DNA of 64,000 nucleotides from Candidatus Bathyarchaeum sp. (GTDB lineage: Archaea; Thermoproteota; Bathyarchaeia; Bathyarchaeales; Bathyarchaeaceae), in the NCBI GenBank assembly GCA_020344315.1, contig CP070820.1:109605-173604 (forward strand), in the 5' to 3' direction. The first letter of the stretch is position 1; each line of letters starts with the position of its first letter. Below, piece after piece: positions 36,290 through 45,230 of this stretch. The notes below the pieces were generated by a model. It was not told the origin of the DNA, made no database searches, and saw only the letters and a program-made list of their open reading frames with translations. The translations under genes were made by a program, and so were the position numbers.

Positions 36290-36733
36290 TCATTGGGTAT
36301 TTGGGAACCTTGGAACAATATACTCATCAATAGTGACGTGGCCTAACCTCAGGGTGACTGTAACCCATCCAATTGTGTCTAAAGTCAAATAAACGTAACC
36401 ACTAATCACTCTTTTTTCTCCTGAATTAAGAACAGCCAGACTCTTGGCTTCTCCCGGACCAGAGTCCGTGCTACATTTTATGGTTAAGGTCAAACCTTCG
36501 ACATCATTGACTCCAAGGTTTTCAATTGTTACGTTAGCTTTGGACTGGATTTTTACTCCAACAATGGGCCAGAAGCCAGATGATGAAAACTCTGTAATCT
36601 TTACCAAGTTTGTATATTTGCTAAGTTGTGTTTCTTGTTCAGTAATTTGATTTTGGAGTTGATAGAATAAGAATCCGTTAACAATACCCAGTATAACAAT
36701 AGTGATGGATAAGACAACAACTAACTTATTCAT
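36290..36733 (-). CDS. N-terminally membrane-anchored hypothetical extracellular protein
   Basis: MNKLVVVLSITIVILGIVNGFLF TM anchor, then a beta-rich body. Overlaps the upstream beta-helix gene stop by 8 nt. Confidence 0.5.
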   Translation of the reverse strand: MNKLVVVLSITIVILGIVNGFLFYQLQNQITEQETQLSKYTNLVKITEFSSSGFWPIVGVKIQSKANVTIENLGVNDVEGLTLTIKCSTDSGPGEAKSLAVLNSGEKRVISGYVYLTLDTIGWVTVTLRLGHVTIDEYIVPRFPNTQ

Positions 36734-37988
36734 GAAACCTGCCCCAAACCTTCCTCTTAACAAAGACAATCGCTAGACCACCCACCAAAAAGAAAACTAA
36801 AACCAAACCTGAGGGGAACTCTGGGATTTCTGGGTTTGTTTCGGTCAGGAAGGGAATGAAATTCACTGTGCCCAGATCAAACAAATTATCTTCAAAATCG
36901 ACGATTAACTGACTGATTGTTTGTGTATCTGTTGTTCCCCACCAATTAAATGTGGCAGTGATATTCTTTGATGCATCACGCGATAATTCGATGTTGATAG
37001 AGTTGCCGTAAATATTGTTGCGTGTTATTGTTGGCGAATGAGGGTTTTTTACAGAAATTCCAACTTCATTGTTAGTAATTGTGTTGTTTTGAATTGTTAA
37101 TGATGTTTTTAGGTTATTAAAGTTGGGGCTGAAAATGAATATTCCATAGTAACTGTTAGTAATCAAATTTCTTTCGATTAAAACATGTCCACCATACCCA
37201 CGACTTCCACCAAACCAAATACACGTACGGCTACCGGATGGCCTTCCGGCACCCCCAGAAATTACATTATCAACAATGGATACAAACTCCCCGCCATCCT
37301 CTCCATAGAATGCAATACATCCGTCCGAAAAGTTGTTATTTGATATTGTAGGTGAGCCGCCTTTAATATCAATGATGCCAAGTATTTCATTTTTCGAGAT
37401 TACAGGCGAACCACCATAAACAATTATTCCACTATTGTCCACGAATGTACATTCGGTTAATTTTAGCGAATTACTAATCGTTACATCAGTTTGACTAAAA
37501 ATCGTGTCTTCTATTATGCAACCTGAATCAGTTTGCTCATTCCATCCGATACTGGATTGCGAAAAAGCAATTGAAGAATAAGTAGGCGGAATAAAAAAAG
37601 ATGGGGAATAAGCAACACCGTTTACGTGAATTGGATTAGTTCTCGTACCTCTTGCCGTCAATACACCATTTACTTGTATCGCGCTTCCAGCTGATTCAAG
37701 ATTTATAGTAACCCCTGATTGAATTATCATGGTACCATTCACCCTTATGTAGTAATCATTAGAATTCAGAATGGTACCCGCTTCGATTGTTAATGTTACA
37801 CCACTATTTACGAGGACATTTCCAGCAAGGTTGTATGGGCTGTTTGCTTGCGTCCAAGTAGTATCTGAAGCGATTATACTCATAACATCAGTGGAAGCTT
37901 TCACTGTGTCAAAATGCACATCACTGACTAGAATTAATCCGCCCACAAGCATTATTATTAATAATGCACGTGAGAATGATTTTCTCAT
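36726..37988 (-). CDS. Secreted right-handed parallel beta-helix repeat protein with a PEF-CTERM-like sorting signal
   Basis: Signal peptide MRKSFSRALLIIMLVGGLILVS. Repeated ~22-aa beta-helix units (NxITxN, ISxN motifs). C-terminus is PEIPEFPSGLVLVFFLVGGLAIVFVKRK. Confidence 0.65.
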   Translation of the reverse strand: MRKSFSRALLIIMLVGGLILVSDVHFDTVKASTDVMSIIASDTTWTQANSPYNLAGNVLVNSGVTLTIEAGTILNSNDYYIRVNGTMIIQSGVTINLESAGSAIQVNGVLTARGTRTNPIHVNGVAYSPSFFIPPTYSSIAFSQSSIGWNEQTDSGCIIEDTIFSQTDVTISNSLKLTECTFVDNSGIIVYGGSPVISKNEILGIIDIKGGSPTISNNNFSDGCIAFYGEDGGEFVSIVDNVISGGAGRPSGSRTCIWFGGSRGYGGHVLIERNLITNSYYGIFIFSPNFNNLKTSLTIQNNTITNNEVGISVKNPHSPTITRNNIYGNSINIELSRDASKNITATFNWWGTTDTQTISQLIVDFEDNLFDLGTVNFIPFLTETNPEIPEFPSGLVLVFFLVGGLAIVFVKRKVWGRFHE

Positions 37989-38132
37989 CCTATTAACTCC
38001 ACTTGACCCAATAATAACTGTGTTTGACAATCTGAAAAGCGTTTTTGTCAAGAAACCTTGACCAAAACACGCTCTTCCCTAGTCAAGAAACCTTGACCAA
38101 ACGTTACTTTCCCTTCAAATCAAAAAGCAGAG

Positions 38133-38609
38133 TTATTTTTTTCTGCGTTTTTCCTGTGCTTCTCGTTCGCTGACCCAATACGATTCACTGCTAATACCCG
38201 CTTCATCCACAAGGTGCTCCTTCTTGAAGACTGGAGCCTCATGCTTATAGCGTTCCACAGCTTCCTTCAGAACCCCAAAAACGTTCTCCCTGTGAGCCCC
38301 TGCCACCACAACATACACCAAGTCTTCGCCGACACCGAACTCTCCGACAAAATGGTGAATCTGAACATCAACAACCCCCTCCCTCTTCTTCAACTCTTCA
38401 CAGATTCCCCCAAGAACCCTGTTAGCCTTCTCCTCATAGGCCTCCAACTCCAGCCCCTCCACATTTTCGCCACCCACAGTTTCGCCACGAACCACACCAA
38501 CAAACATAGCCACGGCTCCTGCCTTCTGAAAGTCTGCCTTCTCCTTCACAGATTTAATCAGCTCAGAGAGGGAGAGTTCGCCTTTCTTGTGAATGCCCAC
38601 ATACTCCAT
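38133..38609 (-). CDS. moaE: Molybdopterin synthase catalytic subunit MoaE-like
   Basis: AGAVAMFVGVVRGE...LELEAYEEKA...VQIHHFVGEFGVGEDLVYVVVAGAHRENVF...APVFKKE matches the MoaE pattern. Confidence 0.75.
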   Translation of the reverse strand: MEYVGIHKKGELSLSELIKSVKEKADFQKAGAVAMFVGVVRGETVGGENVEGLELEAYEEKANRVLGGICEELKKREGVVDVQIHHFVGEFGVGEDLVYVVVAGAHRENVFGVLKEAVERYKHEAPVFKKEHLVDEAGISSESYWVSEREAQEKRRKK

Positions 38610-38652
38610 ACTACAGTCACCCGGTTAACAATCTATTATCTGATATACTCTC

Positions 38653-39687
38653 TCAAAAACGATTCTGGTTGTAACGGGGGCGCCCTTTCAGATTAACAGT
38701 TCTATAGATCGGGTGCTCCTTGAATCGAAGATTGGTTTCCGATTTCTCCATAGTTCCGCTGGGCAACCTTACGCAGAGCGAACTGACATTCGCTCCGGTG
38801 GAAGTGAAGCGTACCCCGTCCAAGAGTTCGCCTTTTGTGATTCCGGAGGCTGCGAAGACCAGTTCGTTGCCCTTAGCCAACTCGTTTTCGTTGTAAGTTT
38901 TGTTTACATCAACACCTGCTTCTATCAGCCTACTGAGTCGATCAGCATCATCCTCCTTATCTCTCCAAACCTTTACAAGCATAGTGCCCCCCAGACACTT
39001 CACTGCAGTCGCTGCGATGGTTGCCTCAGGTCCTGCACCAGCGCCCAAAAGAAGATCAACCCCAGAATCAGGAATACAAGTGGCAACGGCTGCCGCGATA
39101 TCGCCGTCAGGAAGCAAAATTATTCTCACTCCAAGTTTCCTTAGGCCCTTCAGAATCTTGAGATGTCTCTCCCGTTCCAGCATAATAACTGTGAAGTTTT
39201 CAAGAGGCAAACTCTTCTCCTCTGCAACTGTGGTAACAATCTCTTCAACAGACATATCCAAAGAAATCTTGCCGAGAGACTGCTCGTCAGTCGCCACTTT
39301 GAAGTAATATCCATCATCAGGTAGCACCTGAAGACAGTTGGCTGGTGCACAGACAAGAGCGGAGATAGCGTCTTTTCTGCCTTTAGAAGTTGCAGTTGTG
39401 CCGTCAACAGGATCAATGACGAACTCAACTTTTGGGCCTTTCCCTGTTCCAACCTTTTCTCTGCACATGAAGGCTGGCGCGTTGTCTTTGGGTCCTTCAC
39501 AGGAGATGACTTCGCCGTCAACTTCAGTTTGATCCAGCACTGCTCTCGAAAACTCGACGGCTTTTGCGTCTACTAGATTCTTGTCTCCTTGACCAATATG
39601 AAATGCCGCCCCCACAGCTCCGGCAATGGTTATTCTGGTTAAAGAGGGCGCCAAAGCCCTAAGAGATATCAAGTTTACCACCGCCAC
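38653..39687 (-). CDS. glpX: Class II fructose-1,6-bisphosphatase (GlpX type)
   Basis: VIDPVDGTT, LLPDGDIAAAV, AGAGPEATIAA and the overall GlpX-like sequence. Confidence 0.8.
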   Translation of the reverse strand: MAVVNLISLRALAPSLTRITIAGAVGAAFHIGQGDKNLVDAKAVEFSRAVLDQTEVDGEVISCEGPKDNAPAFMCREKVGTGKGPKVEFVIDPVDGTTATSKGRKDAISALVCAPANCLQVLPDDGYYFKVATDEQSLGKISLDMSVEEIVTTVAEEKSLPLENFTVIMLERERHLKILKGLRKLGVRIILLPDGDIAAAVATCIPDSGVDLLLGAGAGPEATIAATAVKCLGGTMLVKVWRDKEDDADRLSRLIEAGVDVNKTYNENELAKGNELVFAASGITKGELLDGVRFTSTGANVSSLCVRLPSGTMEKSETNLRFKEHPIYRTVNLKGRPRYNQNRF

Positions 39688-39900
39688 CTACTAACATGAG
39701 ATCACTTGTAAAATGTTTTCGGGAAAAAACGATGAAGCACTGTAAAACGTTGATATCTTGCCACTCACTTTCAGCATCAGCTTTCACCGTTGTTTTCTGT
39801 GTTTGTAAAAAGTTAAATGCCCAATCTTCATTTGAAATATTTATTCGAAATATAAAATATTTTTAAACTTTCGCTTGACACTGATTTGAATGAATGAAAA

Positions 39901-40098
39901 ATGTTAGTTCAAGAAGTTGAAATGGGCATCCTCGATTTGAATGATGGGAAGAAAAAGGTCATAAAACTCAGAGAGGATGAAGTTTGTACGCAAGGTTATC
40001 GCATTGACCTGAATGGGAAAATAGTAAGAGGAGTACCCCATAGAAAACAAGAGGACTGCCACAGATTCTGTTACACTGACACCTGCGATTCCTTATAG
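39901..40098 (+). CDS. Small Cys-rich hypothetical protein (65 aa)
   Basis: ORF track. AT-rich TATA-like sequence about 45 nt upstream, and two T6 runs downstream (40147-40169). No family recognised. Confidence 0.35.
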   Translation: MLVQEVEMGILDLNDGKKKVIKLREDEVCTQGYRIDLNGKIVRGVPHRKQEDCHRFCYTDTCDSL

Positions 40099-40146
40099 GG
40101 TCTTAGCTGCACGCTGCAACCAGATGAGCCATTGAGAGGTTACCAG

Positions 40147-40169
40147 TTTTTTCCGGTTGACCCTTTTTT
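40147..40169 (+). terminator. Two oligo-T runs (T6...T6) after the small ORF
   Basis: CAGTTTTTTCCGGTTGACCCTTTTTTAG. Archaeal termination typically uses oligo-T tracts. Confidence 0.35.
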
Positions 40170-40218
40170 AGCTAAACATTAATGATTTAGAAGAAGCGTA
40201 AGTTGTGGGGCTGAACGT

Positions 40219-41463
40219 TTGGTGGATTCGTTGACTGGACAGGAAGTTGAAGCTGAGGAAGCTGAGCAGCCTAGAATCAAGTTCACTTTTCCCGTGTTAG
40301 CTGTTAGGACACAGATGTTCAATAGAGTTTTTGATTGGCTTGGGTCCCTTCGATCATCACGAGTTATTGCTTGGGTTGCCCTCATTATTGTGCCAATTGT
40401 GGGAGGCATTGGACTTTACCTGATTTTAAAAAATTTGATCGATTTGTTATGGATGCCGCTTGTTAGAGAGGTAGTTCGTGATTTAGGTCCTGGAGTTTAT
40501 CTGTTGGTACCCGGGCTTAATCCTTTTCTTCCCATATTGTATGGTTGGTTAGCGTTAATCTGTGCGATTGTGGTTCATGAAGGAGCCCATGGGATTATTG
40601 CAAGAAGTCGTGGATTGAGGGTTAAGTCTAGTGGACTGTTTTTCTTATTCATTATTCCCTTCGGTGCTTTTGTGGATGTTGATGAGAAGCAGCTTGCAAA
40701 AGCAAAGGCTAAGGATTCCTTGAGGGTATTGGCGGCTGGGGTTGGTGGAAATATTGTGGTAGCCATAGTGTGTATTCTTGGTGTTATGGTCATTGTTAGC
40801 GGGTTGACTCCAGTCATTGATGGAGTATACGTCTATGAGGTTACGGAGGGTATGCCTGCTCTGGAGGCAGGGTTGCTGGCTGAGGACGTTTTCGTTACGG
40901 TGGACAATGTGGAGATTGGTAGTCGTGAGGAGTTGGCGGCGTTTTTGGAGAGTAAGAATCTGGGTGATGTAGTGCAGGTGGTTGTGGCTAGGGGAGAAAA
41001 GTGGGAGGATCGGTTTTCTACATCTGTTAATTTAACCGAAAATGAGGAGGGGCAAACTGTCATGGGGGTGACTGTAGGTGATTTAACGATTGAAGAGCGG
41101 TTAAGATATTATCAGGCGGTGACTCCTGAAACACTTTATTTATACTTGGCTCCGCCTGCTTTTGTTCCTGGTTTCGCGCCTTTTTCAGATTCTTTGGCTC
41201 CTTTCTATACGCATGGGCTGGGGGCGCAATGGCAGGTTTTGGCGAATGCCCTCTTCTGGGTGTGGTTTGTCAATGTGAATGTTGCGGTATTGAATGCTTT
41301 ACCAATTTATCCTCTTGATGGAGGGCGAATGTTCGACATTTCCTTGAAGAGTATTCTGGGTCGAAGAGTAGGCGAAAAAAACGTCTCCAGAATAACTATT
41401 GCGGTGACTGTTGCTTTAGTTTGGGTGTTGTTGATGAGTGCTGTAATTCCCTTCATTCTGTAA
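40219..41463 (+). CDS. Site-2 protease (M50 family) with PDZ domain
   Basis: HEGAHG (HExxH in a TM segment), a PDZ-like middle region, and NALPIYPLDGG (second metal-ligand motif). Confidence 0.85.
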   Translation: MVDSLTGQEVEAEEAEQPRIKFTFPVLAVRTQMFNRVFDWLGSLRSSRVIAWVALIIVPIVGGIGLYLILKNLIDLLWMPLVREVVRDLGPGVYLLVPGLNPFLPILYGWLALICAIVVHEGAHGIIARSRGLRVKSSGLFFLFIIPFGAFVDVDEKQLAKAKAKDSLRVLAAGVGGNIVVAIVCILGVMVIVSGLTPVIDGVYVYEVTEGMPALEAGLLAEDVFVTVDNVEIGSREELAAFLESKNLGDVVQVVVARGEKWEDRFSTSVNLTENEEGQTVMGVTVGDLTIEERLRYYQAVTPETLYLYLAPPAFVPGFAPFSDSLAPFYTHGLGAQWQVLANALFWVWFVNVNVAVLNALPIYPLDGGRMFDISLKSILGRRVGEKNVSRITIAVTVALVWVLLMSAVIPFIL

Positions 41464-41611
41464 TCATGTTGGTCCACGTTGTCCACGCCTTGTTCGCCCC
41501 CAGTTGTCATTATCCCAACCTTCGATCAAGTTCGAGGGGATTATCTCGAAGAGTCGCTTCGAAGAAATATATTCAGTTCATCTCAAGAGTCTTTTGTTGA
41601 GAGGTGTCTTG

Positions 41612-42256
41612 TCAGAAATAATATGTTTTTATTATGTAAAGCAGAGCTAGGTGGAGGGGGTAGTAGAGGTAGAAGAAGTATTTTCTCCAGAGGGGATAAG
41701 CAACTTTTTCATCACCTTCCCTCTGTACCCTAAAATAACCGCTATTGTGAAGAAGAATTAAGGGTATTGCAAAGACCGAAAGAAACTGGTAATTCCAAGG
41801 CACCAAAAACAACATATTAAGCAAAACCAACGCACCAGCACCAAACCTTGTGTTCTCCCTCAAGATTTGCATAAGACCTATAATAGCTATCCCATAGACG
41901 CTGTAATCAAAGGGCAAAACAAAGGAAGCCAACACCGGAACCAGCGCAAGCGGAGAAGTCTTCTTGAAAAAATAGATAAACACAAGACCTAACGAGAGAG
42001 TGAAAAAGATATTAAAGAACCCAAAGGGCTCATACCCCAAAGCTAAGAAAAAAGGCACCTGAGAAATCAAAGCGAAAAGGAAGAGACGCACAAAATAGCT
42101 ACGTACATTCCTTGTGCTCTCCATCCCCAGAACCAGCAGATAAGCGAATAAAGGAAAAGAGAGCCTACCAATATAGCGCAGAACCATAACTTCAGGATAC
42201 AGAATCGCTCCAACATGGTCCACAGTCATAGCTACTATCGCTATCCACTTGAGCAA
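41612..42256 (-). CDS. TraX family membrane protein
   Basis: MLKWIAIVAMTVDHVGAILYP... is the typical TraX N-terminus. Polytopic. Confidence 0.7.
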   Translation of the reverse strand: MLKWIAIVAMTVDHVGAILYPEVMVLRYIGRLSFPLFAYLLVLGMESTRNVRSYFVRLFLFALISQVPFFLALGYEPFGFFNIFFTLSLGLVFIYFFKKTSPLALVPVLASFVLPFDYSVYGIAIIGLMQILRENTRFGAGALVLLNMLFLVPWNYQFLSVFAIPLILLHNSGYFRVQREGDEKVAYPLWRKYFFYLYYPLHLALLYIIKTYYF

Positions 42257-42426
42257 CTCTCTTCCTAAATCAAAACCTTGCAGACCTCAGCTCTCCTCCA
42301 CCAAAAACACACAGCAGCCTACTGGACTCCCCATCTCAATTCGGGTCTTTACGAAAACCCACTGCGTATCATCTAATAAAATTTGCTAAAACAACCTCAA
42401 AAAAAGGAAGGAGAGATGATGGCTCG

Positions 42427-42714
42427 TCACTCTTTTATCATAGATATGAACTCGTTGACTGGCATCGCTGGCAAACTCATGATCTCCACAGTTCCGCGGG
42501 ACCCAAGCTCCAGAGATACAAGTGTAATTGCCTTATTATCTGGAGCTTCCACGATGTTAACGAAGTCATAGGGTCCCAAAACCGCGTATTGCGCAACAAC
42601 CTTGGCGCCAAAAGCCTCGATTTCCTTGTTAACCTCTCTGATCCTCTCAGCCTTCTTCTTAATTGTCTTCCGACCCTCAGGCGTAAGGGTTGAAAGAAGA
42701 ATATACATGGGCAT
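42427..42714 (-). CDS. GYD domain protein
   Basis: MPMYILLSTLTPEGRKTI...VLGPYDFVNIVEAPD... matches the GYD family pattern. Confidence 0.75.
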   Translation of the reverse strand: MPMYILLSTLTPEGRKTIKKKAERIREVNKEIEAFGAKVVAQYAVLGPYDFVNIVEAPDNKAITLVSLELGSRGTVEIMSLPAMPVNEFISMIKE

Positions 42715-42778
42715 ACAAAAGCCTCAGAACATATTTTCTCGCTTACGCAATTTGTGTCTTTCGCCTGATGCTAGAAAC

Positions 42779-44725
42779 TTACATTCTCTCCGGAGCCTCT
42801 ATTCCCAGAAGTTTCAGGGCGTTTCGAAGAACTATTCGAGTAGCATCCACAAGAGCGAGCCTAGCGTCACTTAGCCCAGGTGACTTGGCTTTTATAACTG
42901 GCAGCTTCGTGTAGAACCTGTTAAACTTGTCAGCCAATATGTTAGCATAGTCCGCTATCGAGTTAGGTCGGAGATTCTCTGCAGCATCCAAGAAGACCAT
43001 AGGAAAACGAGCTAAAGTCAGCACTATATCCCGTTCTATAGGGTCTTCCAGAAGGGAGTAGTCAGCGTTTTCAGGTTCTCTAGACGCTTTCCTCAGGATG
43101 CTTTGGGCTCTAGCATGGGAATACTGAATATAGGGAGCACTATTCTTCTCAAAATCTAGCACTCTGTCCCAAGTGAAGACCACCGGCTTGGTTGGATCCA
43201 CCTCAACAAGAGCATACTTAACAGCTCCTTTTCCCACAAACTCTGAAATCTGCCTCTTCTCCTCATCAGACAGGTGAGGAGAACGTTTCGAAACCTCCTC
43301 ATAAGCCCTCTCAGCGGCTCCATCCATAACCTCGTCCAAGGTTATGTAGCGACCTCTGCGGCTTGACATTCGGTAACCCGGAAGGCTCACAAGATTATAG
43401 GCAAAATGAACCAACTTCTTCGCGTAATCCACATGACCAAGAGCGCTTAAGGCAAGTTTCAACTGCAGCTGCGGAAGGGTCTGTTCCATGCCGATCACGT
43501 TGATGACCTTCTCAGCCCTCTGAAACTTCCACAGATGATAGGCAATATCCCGCGTTGTGTAGAGGGTTGTTCCGTCAGCCCTCACGAGAGTCAGGGAAGA
43601 GAGCTCATGATCATCGCTCAAGCCCAAAGTCTTCTTGAAGTCTAGGTCCTGAGCAACTTTTTCGGCGTCAAATTCCAGAACTCCGCCCAACTGAAACACA
43701 TAGGGCGTGGCTTTCAGTTCGTCCAAGACCCGGTTGACGTCGCCGTTCCAGATTAAGTCGCTCTCCCAATCCCAAGAATCTATGCTGACTCCGGCTCTGC
43801 TTAGGGTCTCTCTGAATCCACTGAGACAGAGTTGACAGACCTCTCTGAGCAACTGCTTCGCATCTTTTCTGCCAGTCTCGTATCCGCGTATTAGTTTGCT
43901 CACTTGTTCTTCTGGGTCGCTTTCCCTGCTGATTTCGTCTAGGAGGCGAGTCAAGATTTCGGGAAATCTCTTTTCTATGTCTGCTGCAACTGAGGTCCAG
44001 TCATCCAGTTCCCTCTGTAGCTTCGAAACCTCTTGTGACGCAAGCTTCTTTGCTGTCTCGACGGCTTTTTTTAGGCGCTGAATCTCCATTATGCAACTTG
44101 TAACCGCATAGATTGCGCCTATGAAACTGTCAGGCTTTCCTTTGGGCTTCGGCTTCCCAAGCTTCATGTATCCGTAGGCTATGACAGCGCTCTGGCGGCC
44201 AACATCATCCACGTAATAGTGTCTTGAGACCGTGTGTCCGTGTTCTGTTAGGATGCGGGCTAGGGCGTCGCCCAATATTGGGTTCCTTGCCTGTCCGATG
44301 TGAATTGGATGGATGGGGTTGACGCTGGTATGTTCAAGCATAATCGTTTTCGGCTCAGAAGTCTTAACGTATCCATATTCCACATCGAGGGCTCTGGCGG
44401 ATTCAAGGGTTAAACGAAAGAACTTTTCGGAGTTCACACGAAAATTGATGTATCCTGCCCCAGCAGCCTCAACTGACTGAATCAACGGAAACCCAGAAAC
44501 ATCTATCTGCTTCACGGTTTCTTCCGCGACATTCCTAGGCTTCTTTTTGGCGTGCTTGGCAATCTCAAAGCATACAGAAGTTGCCAGCTCACCGAACTGG
44601 AGGTTAGGCGGGGATTCAAGCAACATAGAGGGCAAGACGAAATTGGGATATAGCTTGTTGAGGGCATCCTTTAAAACGGCCTCGCATCCAGCATGGAATT
44701 CCTTGAAGGGGTTAACTGCAGCCAT
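42779..44725 (-). CDS. argS: Arginine--tRNA ligase
   Basis: HIGH-type motif HTSVNPIHPIHIGQARN, class I Arg-tRNA synthetase layout, C-terminal ...ERM. Start set at MAAVNPFKEF (44725). The 44 codons added by the ORF track overlap the tRNA gene. Confidence 0.95.
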   Translation of the reverse strand: MAAVNPFKEFHAGCEAVLKDALNKLYPNFVLPSMLLESPPNLQFGELATSVCFEIAKHAKKKPRNVAEETVKQIDVSGFPLIQSVEAAGAGYINFRVNSEKFFRLTLESARALDVEYGYVKTSEPKTIMLEHTSVNPIHPIHIGQARNPILGDALARILTEHGHTVSRHYYVDDVGRQSAVIAYGYMKLGKPKPKGKPDSFIGAIYAVTSCIMEIQRLKKAVETAKKLASQEVSKLQRELDDWTSVAADIEKRFPEILTRLLDEISRESDPEEQVSKLIRGYETGRKDAKQLLREVCQLCLSGFRETLSRAGVSIDSWDWESDLIWNGDVNRVLDELKATPYVFQLGGVLEFDAEKVAQDLDFKKTLGLSDDHELSSLTLVRADGTTLYTTRDIAYHLWKFQRAEKVINVIGMEQTLPQLQLKLALSALGHVDYAKKLVHFAYNLVSLPGYRMSSRRGRYITLDEVMDGAAERAYEEVSKRSPHLSDEEKRQISEFVGKGAVKYALVEVDPTKPVVFTWDRVLDFEKNSAPYIQYSHARAQSILRKASREPENADYSLLEDPIERDIVLTLARFPMVFLDAAENLRPNSIADYANILADKFNRFYTKLPVIKAKSPGLSDARLALVDATRIVLRNALKLLGIEAPERM

Positions 44726-44742
44726 TCTGTTTTCTTCCTTTT

Positions 44743-44847
44743 TGGCGGGCCCGCGGGGATTTGAACCCCGGGTTTCCGGCTCCGGAGGCTTGCGCACCTT
44801 CCCTGCGGGATGGTTCGGCGCCTTAATCCTGTCTGGGCTACGGGCCC
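44743..44847 (-). tRNA. tRNA-Arg (anticodon CCG) with a 26-nt intron at the non-canonical position 29/30; CCA encoded
   Basis: Hand fold gives acceptor GGGCCCG/CGGGCCC and T arm CGGGG-TTCAAAT-CCCCG. Removing 44790-44815 gives anticodon stem CCGGC/GCCGG with loop CUCCGGA. The junctions sit in 3-nt bulges (CGA and AAG) flanking a 4-bp helix GCGC/GCGC, which is BHB-like. Confidence 0.8.
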
Positions 44848-44873
44848 TACTTTTCACTCTTCCAGAGTCTTTG

Positions 44874-44883
44874 TATAAATTAA
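44874..44883 (-). promoter_or_regulatory. TATA box (TTAATTTATA on the minus strand) of the tRNA-Arg gene
   Basis: Its proximal edge lies 26 nt upstream of the tRNA 5' end and is preceded by the purine-rich CAACAAAGC. Classic archaeal tRNA promoter geometry. Confidence 0.6.
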
Positions 44884-44930
44884 GCTTTGTTGCCTTTACG
44901 TCTCTGTAAGGACGTGGATTTCGAGACTTT

Positions 44931-45164
44931 TTAGGAGCCTATGAGCGTGGTGGTCTGCTCGATCTCTTCAATCTGCCGTATATCCGTGATAATCTTGTCG
45001 AGATGCCCTAAACTTTGGGCTTCGATGCGAGCGATTATGTCCCAGAGTCCATAGGTAACAAGGACTTCTGTAATTTCTTTCATCTTTCGAATCTTCTCTG
45101 CAACCTTGTGTTCAGCTCCTCGTTTTACGTTAGCAAGGATGTAGGCTTTCACAAGTTCTGACAT
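44931..45164 (-). CDS. Stand-alone Lrp/AsnC ligand-binding (RAM) domain protein
   Basis: MSELVKAYILANVKRGAEHKVAEKIRKMKEITEVLVTYGLWDIIARIEA... is the AsnC_trans_reg domain only. Confidence 0.75.
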   Translation of the reverse strand: MSELVKAYILANVKRGAEHKVAEKIRKMKEITEVLVTYGLWDIIARIEAQSLGHLDKIITDIRQIEEIEQTTTLIGS

Positions 45165-45230
45165 GTCCTTTCAACCCCACAGCCTCATGGTTGAAGAATG
45201 TACTTAGAATCTTTGTCGATTAAGAGGGGG

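Noticed and set aside
38214-39307. Several 120-160-aa ORFs antisense or off-frame to moaE and glpX (38214-38696, 38713-39144, 38900-39307, 39150-39521).
   Set aside because: All overlap well-supported genes and show no motifs. The region is relatively GC-balanced, which tends to produce long spurious frames.
44726-44857. N-terminal 44 codons of the ORF-track version of argS (MKSRARSPDRIKAPNHPAGKVRK...).
   Set aside because: This stretch is the reverse-strand reading of the tRNA-Arg gene. ArgRS homology begins at MAAVNPFKEF (44725).
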